From the NCBI GenBank assembly GCA_934169775.1, contig CAKPOI010000002.1, forward strand, positions 12,956 through 76,955: a stretch of 64,000 bases of DNA, read 5' to 3'. Within the stretch, counting starts at the first letter, position 1. Every line of letters begins with the position of its first letter. Below, piece by piece: positions 55,407 to 64,000 of the stretch. A model generated the notes under the pieces. That model did no database searches. It saw only the letters and a list, made by a program, of their open reading frames with translations, and was not told the DNA's origin. Position numbers and translations under genes: made by a program. Source of the stretch: an uncultured Clostridia bacterium. Lineage in GTDB: Bacteria; Bacillota; Clostridia; TANB77; CAG-508.

Positions 55407-55540
55407 GGTGCTTTCTGGGACAGAAGCTGATGCTTTTGGGGACGGAGCAAAAAAGCACTAATGTTTTTGGGGACGGAGCAAAAAAGCACTAATATTTTTT
55501 TCACTGTCCCTAAAAACATCATTCCGGCTTTAAAAATACC
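55407..55540. repeat. Family-A REP-like array (4-5 copies, mixed orientation)
   Basis: TGATGCTTTTGGGGACGGAGCAAAAAAGCAC, TAATGTTTTTGGGGACGGAGCAAAAAAGCAC and TTTTTCACTGTCCCTAAAAACATC, plus degenerate flanking copies. Confidence 0.8.
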
Positions 55541-55641
55541 TAAACCTCAATTTTATTTTACCCAATTTCTTGCCATTTATTAGAAAATATTGTATAATTA
55601 GGCTATTCAGATATTTTTTATTAAGAAAGGAAGTTTTTATT

Positions 55642-56928
55642 ATGATAGATATTAAATTTTTAAGAGAAAATCCTGATATCGTAAAAGATAATATAAAGAA
55701 AAAATTTCAAGATCAAAAATTAGTATTGATTGATGAAGTTATTGAATTAGACAAAAAAAATAGAGAAGTCAAATTAAATGGAGATAATTTAAGATCAGAA
55801 AGAAAATCTTTAAGTGCTCAAATTGGTGGACTTATGAAAAATGGTCAAAAAGATGAAGCTGAAAAAATAAAAGAACAAGTTCAAGAAATCAATGAAGAAC
55901 TTGATAAAAATGAAAAGTTAGAAGCTGAATATACAGAACAAATTAAAGAAAGAATGATGAAGATTCCTAATATTATGGATTCTAGTGTTCCTATTGGAAA
56001 AGATGATTCTGAAAATGTTGAAGTTCAAAGATTTGGTGAGCCAATTGTTCCAGAATATGAAATCCCTCATCATGCAGATATTATTGCAAAATTTAATGGA
56101 TTAGATAAAGAAAGTGCTGGTAGAACTAGTGGTATGGGATTTTATTATTTAATTGGAGATATTGCTAGACTTCATGAGGCTATGCTTGCATATGCTAGAG
56201 ATTATATGATTAACAATGGTTTTACATACTGTATTCCGCCTTTTATGATTCGTTCTGATGTAGTTAATGGTGTTATGAGTTTTGAAGAAATGGATGCTAT
56301 GATGTATAAAATTGAAGGTGAAGATTTATTTTTGATTGGTACTTCTGAACATTCTATGATTGGTAAATTTAAAGGCCAAATTATTAAAAAATCTGATTTA
56401 CCTATTACTATGACCTCTTATTCTCCTTGTTTTAGAAAGGAAATAGGTTCTCATGGATTAGAAGAAAGAGGATTATATCGTGTTCATCAATTTGAAAAAC
56501 AAGAAATGATTGTTCTTTGTGAACCTGAAGATTCTATGAATTGGTATAATAAAATGTGGAAATTGAGTGTTGATCTATTTAGAAGCTTTAATGTTCCTGT
56601 TAGACAACTTGATTGTTGTTCAGGTGATTTGGCTGATTTGAAAGTAAAATCTTGTGATATTGAAGCTTGGAGTCCTCGTCAACAAAAATATTTTGAAGTT
56701 TGCAGTTGCTCTACATTAGGTGATGCTCAAGCTAGACGTTTAGGAATTCGTGCTAAAGGTGAAAATGGTAATTATTTTGTTCATACTTTAAATAATACTG
56801 TTGTTGCTACTCCTAGAGGTTTAATTGCTGTTATTGAAAATAATTATAATGAAGATGGAAGTATTACTGTTCCAGAAGTTTTAAGACCTTATATGGGTGG
56901 GGTAGAAAAAATTATCCCTAAAAATTAG
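55642..56928 (+). CDS. serS: Seryl-tRNA synthetase
   Basis: MIDIKFLRENPDIVKDNIKKK..., class II motifs (FRKE..., GSITVPEVLRPYMGG). I chose the ATG at 55642 with an AAGGAAG RBS. The upstream part of the track ORF is non-protein-like. Confidence 0.95.
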   Translation: MIDIKFLRENPDIVKDNIKKKFQDQKLVLIDEVIELDKKNREVKLNGDNLRSERKSLSAQIGGLMKNGQKDEAEKIKEQVQEINEELDKNEKLEAEYTEQIKERMMKIPNIMDSSVPIGKDDSENVEVQRFGEPIVPEYEIPHHADIIAKFNGLDKESAGRTSGMGFYYLIGDIARLHEAMLAYARDYMINNGFTYCIPPFMIRSDVVNGVMSFEEMDAMMYKIEGEDLFLIGTSEHSMIGKFKGQIIKKSDLPITMTSYSPCFRKEIGSHGLEERGLYRVHQFEKQEMIVLCEPEDSMNWYNKMWKLSVDLFRSFNVPVRQLDCCSGDLADLKVKSCDIEAWSPRQQKYFEVCSCSTLGDAQARRLGIRAKGENGNYFVHTLNNTVVATPRGLIAVIENNYNEDGSITVPEVLRPYMGGVEKIIPKN

Positions 56929-57065
56929 AATTAATTGCAATTCCAAAAATCTTATATTAATTTATATGTATATACATACATATAAATATAAAAATTTTTA
57001 TAATAAAGGTCTTTTGTGAATTTTCTCCAAAAGGCTTTTATATTAAATGAAAGGATGATTTTTAT

Positions 57066-57671
57066 ATGATTATTAAAGACCCTCAGTTTGAAGTTTCTGC
57101 TGTTAGTCCTAAACAATATCCCAAAAATAATCTTCCAGAAATTGTTTTAGTTGGGAAATCTAATGTTGGAAAATCTAGTTTTATAAATACTATGATTAAT
57201 AGGAAAAAATTAGCTAGAACTAGTAGTGAACCTGGTAAAACACGTCAAATAAATTTTTATAATATGGATGATTCTTTTTACTTTGTTGATCTTCCAGGTT
57301 ATGGTTATAGTAAAATGTCAAAAAAAGAACAAGAACAAGTCGGAAATTTTATTGAATATTATTTGCAACATCGCGAGCAAATTACTTTGGTTATTTTTTT
57401 AGTCGATATTAGACATACTCCTACTGCTAATGACAAATTGATGTATGACTATATTATTCGTGCTGGTTTACCTTGTCTGATTCTTGCTAATAAAGCTGAT
57501 AAAATTGCTGTTACTAAAGTAGATAGTGAAGTCAAAAAAATTCAGCAGTTTTTGAATCCTATGCTTGATATTACTACTTTACCTTTTTCTTCTGAAAGAA
57601 AAACTTACTCTGATGATGTTTGGAAATTTTTGCAAGATGTTTTTGGGGACGGACTCAAAAAACATCAATAA
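57066..57671 (+). CDS. engB: Ribosome biogenesis GTP-binding protein YsxC/EngB
   Basis: GKSNVGKSSFIN, DLPGYGY, NKADK. The last 11 codons lie inside a family-A repeat. Confidence 0.93.
   Translation: MIIKDPQFEVSAVSPKQYPKNNLPEIVLVGKSNVGKSSFINTMINRKKLARTSSEPGKTRQINFYNMDDSFYFVDLPGYGYSKMSKKEQEQVGNFIEYYLQHREQITLVIFLVDIRHTPTANDKLMYDYIIRAGLPCLILANKADKIAVTKVDSEVKKIQQFLNPMLDITTLPFSSERKTYSDDVWKFLQDVFGDGLKKHQ
57636..57666. repeat. Family-A REP-like element embedded in the engB 3' end
   Basis: GATGTTTTTGGGGACGGACTCAAAAAACATC encodes DVFGDGLKKH of EngB. Confidence 0.75.
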
Positions 57672-57694
57672 TGATTTGATACTAATACAAAAAT

Positions 57695-57737
57695 AAAGAT
57701 AGCAACAAAATTATTTATATTGCTATCTTTATTTTTT
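57695..57737. terminator. Bidirectional terminator
   Basis: AAAGATAGCA...TGCTATCTTT stem with A/T runs on both sides. Lies between the engB stop and the stop of the 57773 ORF. Confidence 0.6.
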
Positions 57738-57772
57738 ATATTATAGCAAAGTTCTTCGAACTTACTTTATTT

Positions 57773-58054
57773 CTATCTACAGCAATGATGTTTTTTATTT
57801 TTCTTACAAATCAGTAATATAATTGTCAAAATTAAAAGTAATCCCAAGACAACTGCTAATACTATAATTGCTGCTAAAGCTCCTAAAAATGTTCCTGCTA
57901 ATGATGCTCCTATTATTATTCCTATTACAGTTGTAAATGCTGCAAGTAATATTGTTGCTACTATTCCTAAACAATTAGTTTTTTTATTTTCTTCTTTGTA
58001 TTCACAGCCATGTCTTGTATTATCATAACAACATACTTTTTCTTGTGGCTCCAT
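57773..58054 (-). CDS. Small membrane protein with Cys-rich termini
   Basis: MEPQEKVCCYDNTRHGCEYK...two TM helices...ICKKNKKHHCCR. Confidence 0.55.
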   Translation of the reverse strand: MEPQEKVCCYDNTRHGCEYKEENKKTNCLGIVATILLAAFTTVIGIIIGASLAGTFLGALAAIIVLAVVLGLLLILTIILLICKKNKKHHCCR

Positions 58055-58115
58055 ACAAAGTCACCTCCTACATAGTATTAAATAAATACTATTAGTATAT
58101 ATTATGAAAATTTTG

Positions 58116-58295
58116 TCAATTTGTTACTTTTTTTGTAATCATTTTTAGTGCTTTAGGTCTTTCTAGTGTTATAATATGTCCACAACCTTGACATTTCAAT
58201 TTAAAGTCTACACCAACTCGTGTAATTTCCCATAATTTGCTTCCACATGGATGTTGTTTTTTAGTTCTTACAATATCGCCAACTTCATATTCCAT
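58116..58295 (-). CDS. DUF951-family small protein (59 aa)
   Basis: MEYEVGDIVRTKKQHPCGSKLWEITRVGVDFKLKCQGCGHIITLERPKALKMITKKVTN fits the DUF951 pattern (GD.V..KK.HPCG...W...R.G.D...KC..C). Below the ORF-track cutoff. Confidence 0.7.
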   Translation of the reverse strand: MEYEVGDIVRTKKQHPCGSKLWEITRVGVDFKLKCQGCGHIITLERPKALKMITKKVTN

Positions 58296-58343
58296 ATAAA
58301 TTCATTCCTTCCTAGCTAGCACAAACTTATCTAAATTTACAAT

Positions 58344-60002
58344 TTATAAACTTGCTTTTGCAATTTCAAAACGAGATTTGATTGTGTCTTTACCTAAAAC
58401 TTGCATAATTTCATACATGTCAGGTGTATTTGTTCTTTTTGTTAAAGCTACTCTTAATACAGTACTTACATCTCCAACATGAGCTTTATATGCATTAGGA
58501 TTTGCCTTAAATTCTTTTACTTCTTTTGCATATCCCATTTCTCCAGCAAGTTCTTTTATTTTATCAAACCATGTTTGTTTATCATCTTTTGGATTGTAGT
58601 ATTTTGTAATATATAAATCTAATATTTTTTTGATTTCTTCTTTATTGTTTATTACTTGATATTGATATTCATTTTCATCTTTTTCAAATAATTCATTATA
58701 CATATATGAAATATTTTCCTTTACATCTGACCATTTTGAAATATCTTTTCTTGGCTTTTTATTTCCTCTTTCTATTCCAAAAACTTTTAAAGAATAATCT
58801 TTTTGATTTTCCAATAATTCTGCTAACTCATTATCTTGTTTTTTAGCCCATTTTAAAGAATTATTATAAACATCTTCTGCTGACATTTTTGATATTACTA
58901 TTTTTGATACATCTAAAAGTTTTACCATGTCAAACAAAGCTCCACTAACGCTCATTTTATTTAATTGTAAATCAAATTCTTCTATTGTTTTTTCTGGATT
59001 AGCTCTTCTCCAGTTTTCAAATGTAGAATTTGCAATATTTAGTAAATATTCTTTTACCGCTTCTTTTGGTATACCTTCTTCTGCATAATAGCTAACTGCT
59101 GCTTCAGGGTCTTTTCTTTTACTTAATTTACGTTTATTTCCATCATCATTTTTCATTATTGGTGCAATATGTGCATATTTAGGTGCTTTAAATCCTAAAA
59201 CTTGGAATAATTGTAAATGTAATGGTACTGATGATAACCATTCATCTCCTCTTATTACATGTGTTGTGTGCATTAAATGATCGTCAACAGCATGTGCAAA
59301 ATGATATGTTGGTAATCCATCTCCTTTTATTATTACTACATCTTGGTCATTTTCTGGAAACTCTACATTTCCTTTTATTATGTCTTTATGTTTTATTTTT
59401 CTATCTTCTCTTCCAGGTGATTTTAAACGTATTATATAATCGTCTCCTGCTTCTATTTTTTTAGCCATTTCTTCTACTGTTAGCCCTCTACATTTTGCCC
59501 ATATTCCATAATATCCTGGTCTTATTTTTGCTGCTTCTTGTTTTTCTCTTATTTGATTTAATTCTTCTGGTGTGCAAAAACATGGATATGCTTTTCCTTG
59601 TTCTATTAAGTATTTCGCATATGCTTGATATATTTCTTTTCTTAGACTTTGTTTGTATGGTCCATATTTTCCTACTTCTTCTGTTTCTGAGGTCATTCCT
59701 TCATCTGGTTCTATTCCAAATTCTTTTAATGATTCTACTATTCCTTTTATTCCATTCTTTACTTCTCTTTTTTGGTCTGTGTCTTCTATTCTTAAGAAAA
59801 ATACTCCTTTTGTTTGTTCTGCTAGTTTTCTTGCTATTAATCCTTGATATAACCCTCCTACATGCATTACACCTGTTGGACTTGGTGCAAATCTTGTTAC
59901 TATTGCTCCTTCTTCTAGTTGTCTTTCTGGATATTTTTCTTCATAATAATTTATTGGTTTTGCATTTGGAAATATTAAATTTGCTAATTCTTTATAATCC
60001 AT
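58344..60002 (-). CDS. gltX: Glutamyl-tRNA synthetase (long form, 552 aa)
   Basis: RFAPSPTGVMHVGG (HIGH), PTYHFAHAVDDHLMHTTHVIRGDEW, KLSKRK (KMSKS). Confidence 0.93.
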   Translation of the reverse strand: MDYKELANLIFPNAKPINYYEEKYPERQLEEGAIVTRFAPSPTGVMHVGGLYQGLIARKLAEQTKGVFFLRIEDTDQKREVKNGIKGIVESLKEFGIEPDEGMTSETEEVGKYGPYKQSLRKEIYQAYAKYLIEQGKAYPCFCTPEELNQIREKQEAAKIRPGYYGIWAKCRGLTVEEMAKKIEAGDDYIIRLKSPGREDRKIKHKDIIKGNVEFPENDQDVVIIKGDGLPTYHFAHAVDDHLMHTTHVIRGDEWLSSVPLHLQLFQVLGFKAPKYAHIAPIMKNDDGNKRKLSKRKDPEAAVSYYAEEGIPKEAVKEYLLNIANSTFENWRRANPEKTIEEFDLQLNKMSVSGALFDMVKLLDVSKIVISKMSAEDVYNNSLKWAKKQDNELAELLENQKDYSLKVFGIERGNKKPRKDISKWSDVKENISYMYNELFEKDENEYQYQVINNKEEIKKILDLYITKYYNPKDDKQTWFDKIKELAGEMGYAKEVKEFKANPNAYKAHVGDVSTVLRVALTKRTNTPDMYEIMQVLGKDTIKSRFEIAKASL

Positions 60003-60055
60003 TTCTTACTTCATCCTTTCAATATTGAAATTCAATTTAATTATTCCAAATCATT

Positions 60056-62047
60056 TTATACTTCCATAATAATTGGTATAATCATTGGATTTCTTTTAGT
60101 TTTCATAAAAATATAATCTCTTAAGTTTTCTCTAACAGTTGATTTAATAGTTGACCAATCACGGATACCTCTTTGTTCACATTTACTAATCTCATGTCTA
60201 ACAACTGATTTAACGTCATCCATTAAATTTTCAGATTCTCTAACATACACGAATCCTCTTGATATAACATCAGGTCCAGCAACAACTTCACCTGTGTTGG
60301 AATCCATAGTTAAAACAATAACTATTAATCCATCTTGTGACAAATGTTGTCTATCTCTTAAAACTATATTTCCGACATCTCCAACTCCTAGTCCATCTAC
60401 TAGTACTCTTCCACTTGGAACACTACCAGCAAATTTAGCCTCATCTTCGTCAAGTTCTAATGTTCTACCATTTGACATATAAAAGATGTTTTTGGTTTCT
60501 ATTCCCATATCATGTGCTGTTTCTCCATGTGCTATTAATTGTCTATATTCTCCATGGACTGGAATAAAATATTTTGGTTTAGCTAATGCTAAAATTAATT
60601 TTTGTTCTTCTTGGCAAGCATGTCCAGATACGTGAACATCAGCTAATGCACTATATACAACTTCTGCACCTATTTGCATTAAATCATCAATTACTTTAGA
60701 TACAAATTTTTCGTTTCCTGGTATTGGATTTGCAGATATTATTACTAAATCATTTGGTGTTATTTTTACTTTTCTATGGTCTCCTGCTGCCATTCTTGTT
60801 AAAGCTGACATTGGTTCCCCTTGACTTCCTGTAGTAATTATTACTAATTGTTCGTCATTATATGTGTTTATTTGATCAATGTCTATAAATAAATCTTCTG
60901 GACATTCTATATATCCTAAGGCTCTTGCTGTTGTTATCATATTTATCATACTTCTTCCACATACAGCAATTTTTCTTCCATATTTTACAGCACTATTTAC
61001 AATTTGTTGAACTCTGTGTACATTTGATGCAAATGTTGCTACAACTATTCTTTTTGTACAATGTATAAATAATTTGTCAAACACCTCTCCTACAGAGCTT
61101 TCTGACATTGTAAATCCTTTTCTTTCTGCGTTTGTACTATCTGCCATTAATGCTAGTATACCTTTGTTTCCTAATTCTGCAATTCTCCCAAAATCCATCA
61201 TTTTTCCATCAATTGGTGTATAGTCTACTTTAAAATCTCCTGTGTGTAGAACTGTTCCTACTGGTGTAGTTATTGCTAACATGACTGAATCTGGAATACT
61301 ATGTGTGCTTCTTATAAATTCTACTTTAAATTTTTCTCCTAATATTATTGTTTGTCCAGGTGTTACTTCTATTAATTCTGTACTTCTTAGTAATTTATGC
61401 TCTTCTAATTTATTTTTTATTAGTCCTATTGTTAATTTTGTAGCATAAATTGGTACATTTATTTGTTTTAAGAAATATGGTATGCTTCCTATATGGTCTT
61501 CATGTCCATGTGTTATTACCATTCCTTTTATTTTTTCTTTGTTTCTTTCTAAGTAAGTAATGTCTGGTATTACTAAATCTATTCCTAACATATCATCTTC
61601 TGGAAATGATAGTCCACAATCTACTATTACTATTTCATCTTCATATTCAAATACTGTTATGTTTTTTCCAACTTCATGTAATCCACCTAATGGTATTATT
61701 TTTAATTTTGATTTTTTGAATATATCTGAATTTCTTTTGTTTGATGTTGTTGGTAAATTTTCTTCATTTTTTACATTTACTAGACTTGTTGCTTTTCTAC
61801 TATGTCTTATCATTGATTTTTCTTCTCTTTTTATTGGTAATTTAGTAGCTTTTTCTGTAGTTCTTGTTCTCCTACTTCTTGAATTTGTTTTACTTTCTAT
61901 TGCCTTTTTTTCTAATGTTCTCCCTTCTGTTCTTTTTGTTTTTTCTCCTTTTTTATTTGTATTATTTCTTATTTCTGCATTTGTTTTTCTTGTATTTCTT
62001 TTTGTATTTTCTTTTTTTTCTTGTCCGTTTTCATTTTCTCTTGTCAT
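60056..62047 (-). CDS. rnj: Ribonuclease J with a basic N-terminal extension of about 110 aa
   Basis: Metallo-beta-lactamase/beta-CASP core (ITHGHEDHIG...), preceded by a K/R/T/N-rich low-complexity N-terminus. Confidence 0.93.
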   Translation of the reverse strand: MTRENENGQEKKENTKRNTRKTNAEIRNNTNKKGEKTKRTEGRTLEKKAIESKTNSRSRRTRTTEKATKLPIKREEKSMIRHSRKATSLVNVKNEENLPTTSNKRNSDIFKKSKLKIIPLGGLHEVGKNITVFEYEDEIVIVDCGLSFPEDDMLGIDLVIPDITYLERNKEKIKGMVITHGHEDHIGSIPYFLKQINVPIYATKLTIGLIKNKLEEHKLLRSTELIEVTPGQTIILGEKFKVEFIRSTHSIPDSVMLAITTPVGTVLHTGDFKVDYTPIDGKMMDFGRIAELGNKGILALMADSTNAERKGFTMSESSVGEVFDKLFIHCTKRIVVATFASNVHRVQQIVNSAVKYGRKIAVCGRSMINMITTARALGYIECPEDLFIDIDQINTYNDEQLVIITTGSQGEPMSALTRMAAGDHRKVKITPNDLVIISANPIPGNEKFVSKVIDDLMQIGAEVVYSALADVHVSGHACQEEQKLILALAKPKYFIPVHGEYRQLIAHGETAHDMGIETKNIFYMSNGRTLELDEDEAKFAGSVPSGRVLVDGLGVGDVGNIVLRDRQHLSQDGLIVIVLTMDSNTGEVVAGPDVISRGFVYVRESENLMDDVKSVVRHEISKCEQRGIRDWSTIKSTVRENLRDYIFMKTKRNPMIIPIIMEV

Positions 62048-62562
62048 AAATTCTCACATTCCTTTCTATAAATATAAATTATACTTATATTTTCAAATAT
62101 AAAAGAAGCTTATTTTGCTATACATTGTCTTTTATTTTGATTTTATAAGTTTTTCTCTCTTTATTTCAATTTCATTTTCCTAAATTTTATGTTTACACAA
62201 TAAATGCAATTAATATTCTATGAATTTTTTTAATTCATAGAAATTAAAAACATAATTCTCCTATGTTTATTATTAACTAATATTTAAAGTTTTAACAACT
62301 TTTATTAATTGTTTTTTAATTTTCCGTTTTTAATTAATAAATTTTGATAATATCTCTTTATTATCTTTTCCGCTTCTTTTATAAACATTTTGTCCTATAT
62401 TTTAGGTTTAAATAAAATCTCATCCTTTGCCTCTCTTGGCAAACACTGGTAAAATTATACTATATTTTAGTATTATTGTCAAGCAGTCTTTTGGGTGTTT
62501 TTTTACTTATTAGTTAATGTTTTTTGGAATTTTTTTGTAAATTTTTATATTTTTAAATTTAT

Positions 62563-62591
62563 GTATATTTTTTTCCACTTTTGGCATAATA
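62563..62591 (+). promoter_or_regulatory. Forespore (sigma-G/F-like) promoter candidate upstream of spoVT
   Basis: GTATA-17 nt-CATAATA fits the sigma-G-type consensus (GHATR-N17/18-CATnnTA), about 65 nt upstream of the ATG. Confidence 0.35.
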
Positions 62592-62654
62592 ACAGTAGAC
62601 ATAAATTTAAAAGAGAATTTTTGAAAATAATTATGAAAGGATTGTGATAAAATT

Positions 62655-63209
62655 ATGAAAGCAACAGGTGTTGTGCGTAGAATAGATGACTTAGGAAGAG
62701 TTGTTATTCCTAAAGAAATAAGAAAAACTTTACGTATTAAAGAGGGTGACCCTTTAGAAATTTTTACTGATAGAGAGGGTCAAGTCATTTTGAAAAAGTA
62801 TTCTCCTATAGGTGAACTTTCTGAATTTGCTGCTGGCTATGCAGAAACTTTATCTAAAACTACTGGTCATATTGCTTGTATTACTGATAAAGATACTATT
62901 ATTGCTGTTTCTGGTGGTTCTAAAAAGGAATTTTTGGAACAAGATGTTAGCTCTGAATTAGAACAACTTATGGAAGATAAGGAAGTTTATACTAGTAAGG
63001 ATAATAGTGATGTTTCTATGCCTATTACTAAAAATGATAATAGGGAGAGAAAATATAATGCTCAAGTTGTGTACCCTATTATTTCTAATGGTGATACTAT
63101 TGGTACTGTTATTTTGATGTCTAAAGATTCTTCTTCTAAAATGAATGATGTTGAAAAGAAAGTTGCTCAGTCTGCTGCTACTTTTCTTGGTAGTCAAATG
63201 GAAATTTAG
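62655..63209 (+). CDS. spoVT: Stage V sporulation protein T (AbrB-family regulator with GAF-like domain)
   Basis: MKATGVVRRIDDLGRVVIPKEIRKTLRIKEGDPLEIFTDREGQVILKKYSPIGEL is near-identical in pattern to B. subtilis SpoVT. Confidence 0.93.
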   Translation: MKATGVVRRIDDLGRVVIPKEIRKTLRIKEGDPLEIFTDREGQVILKKYSPIGELSEFAAGYAETLSKTTGHIACITDKDTIIAVSGGSKKEFLEQDVSSELEQLMEDKEVYTSKDNSDVSMPITKNDNRERKYNAQVVYPIISNGDTIGTVILMSKDSSSKMNDVEKKVAQSAATFLGSQMEI

Positions 63210-63210
63210 C

Positions 63211-63312
63211 GATGTTTTTGGGGCCGGACTCAAAAATCATCACAATTTTCAACTTATATAAGAAATAATAGCATGTAAGAATGATGTTTTTTGAGTCCGG
63301 CCCCAAAAGCAT
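63211..63312. repeat. Family-A REP-like elements, inverted pair bracketing 41 nt
   Basis: GATGTTTTTGGGGCCGGACTCAAAAATCATC (63211-63241) and GATGTTTTTTGAGTCCGGCCCCAAAAGCAT (63283-63312). The second touches the stop of the 63312 ORF. Confidence 0.8.
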
Positions 63313-64000
63313 TACTCATATTTTCCTAAAATATAGCCTAAATCTTTTGAAAACTCTCTAAGCATAACGATTTTTATAGTTGTACCTTTATCTTTTAAGT
63401 AATCATCCATAATTTGTTTTAATAATTTAATATTTTTCATTTCAGGTTCAATTTGCTCTTTATATCTTTCAACACGATCAACTAATTTTTCTTTTATAAG
63501 AACTATGTCTTCATTACTAGCACAAGATATTCTTTGGAATAATTGATATGAATCATAATATTTGAATATTGGCATTTGCATACATTGTTTGTCAAATTTT
63601 TCGTAAAACTGTTCCATTTTCATAGGTATGCATTTAAATACATCTTCTGCCATTTCTCTATATTTTTTGTCTAATAGTTGATTATTTAAATTATCAAAAT
63701 GTCTTAAAATTTCTTCCATATCTTCTGCAAATTCTTCTATTGCTATTTTTGATAATTCTTCATTTACATTTTCGCAGTATTCTGATTTTAAAGATGATTT
63801 ATTCATTCCATCAAAAAATACATTTTTTAATGTTTTTACATCATAATCTATTAATCCTTTTCTTGAAAAATAACTAAAATATGCATATATTTTTACTATA
63901 TCAATTAATTCTAAGTTTCCTTCTTTTATGTCTTTCATTATGTCTTCTATGACTCCGTCAAATTCATCGTCTGATATTTTCCAATATTCTTCAGTAAGTA
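63312..64000 (-). CDS. Hypothetical protein, 5' end beyond the window
   Basis: The frame stays open from 63938 to the window edge (...TEEYWKISDDEFDGVIEDIMKDIKEG...). No recognisable domain. Confidence 0.5.
   Translation of the reverse strand, partial: LTEEYWKISDDEFDGVIEDIMKDIKEGNLELIDIVKIYAYFSYFSRKGLIDYDVKTLKNVFFDGMNKSSLKSEYCENVNEELSKIAIEEFAEDMEEILRHFDNLNNQLLDKKYREMAEDVFKCIPMKMEQFYEKFDKQCMQMPIFKYYDSYQLFQRISCASNEDIVLIKEKLVDRVERYKEQIEPEMKNIKLLKQIMDDYLKDKGTTIKIVMLREFSKDLGYILGKYE

Noticed and set aside
55382-55641. T-box or other riboswitch leader upstream of serS. I also checked upstream of gltX.
   Set aside because: The serS upstream region is filled by family-A repeats, and I found no T-box (AANNNGGGTGGTACCGCG-like) sequence. 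gltX starts only 53 nt after rnj and is probably co-transcribed.

Overview
Low-GC (about 27-28% by eye) Firmicutes/Clostridia-like chromosomal segment from a spore former (spoIIP, spoVAC/AD/AEb and spoVT are present). Most of the window is densely packed housekeeping genes, mainly on the minus strand: metK end, pyk, pgi, tgt, queA, pnp, rpsO, greA, pgsA, ctp, ftsEX plus two M23 peptidases, rsmB, the infC-rpmI-rplT operon, serS, engB, gltX and rnj. The main find is a complete diversity-generating retroelement (DGR) at 48.8-52.7 kb. It has an RT with the IGxxxSQ motif, a short Avd-like ORF, a MutS-domain-I-like ORF and a 136-nt TR/VR pair with adenine-specific mismatches. Its variable protein starts with the same KG/IT prepilin-like N-terminus as the pilin of a full type IV pilus cluster at 31.8-41.4 kb, so the DGR appears to diversify a modular type IV pilin. 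Other accessory content: a 1993-aa N-terminally anchored adhesin with a C-terminal vWA domain, next to a sortase and an LPITS substrate; a ParE/Phd, ISAs1 and orphan-ORF islet; a higher-GC orphan ORF; and two families of short intergenic palindromic repeats. Three reading frames are disrupted (spoIIP, an esterase and the MutS-like ORF). I saw no rRNA, tRNA or CRISPR array. All calls come from reading the sequence and ORF translations by eye; no searches were run.
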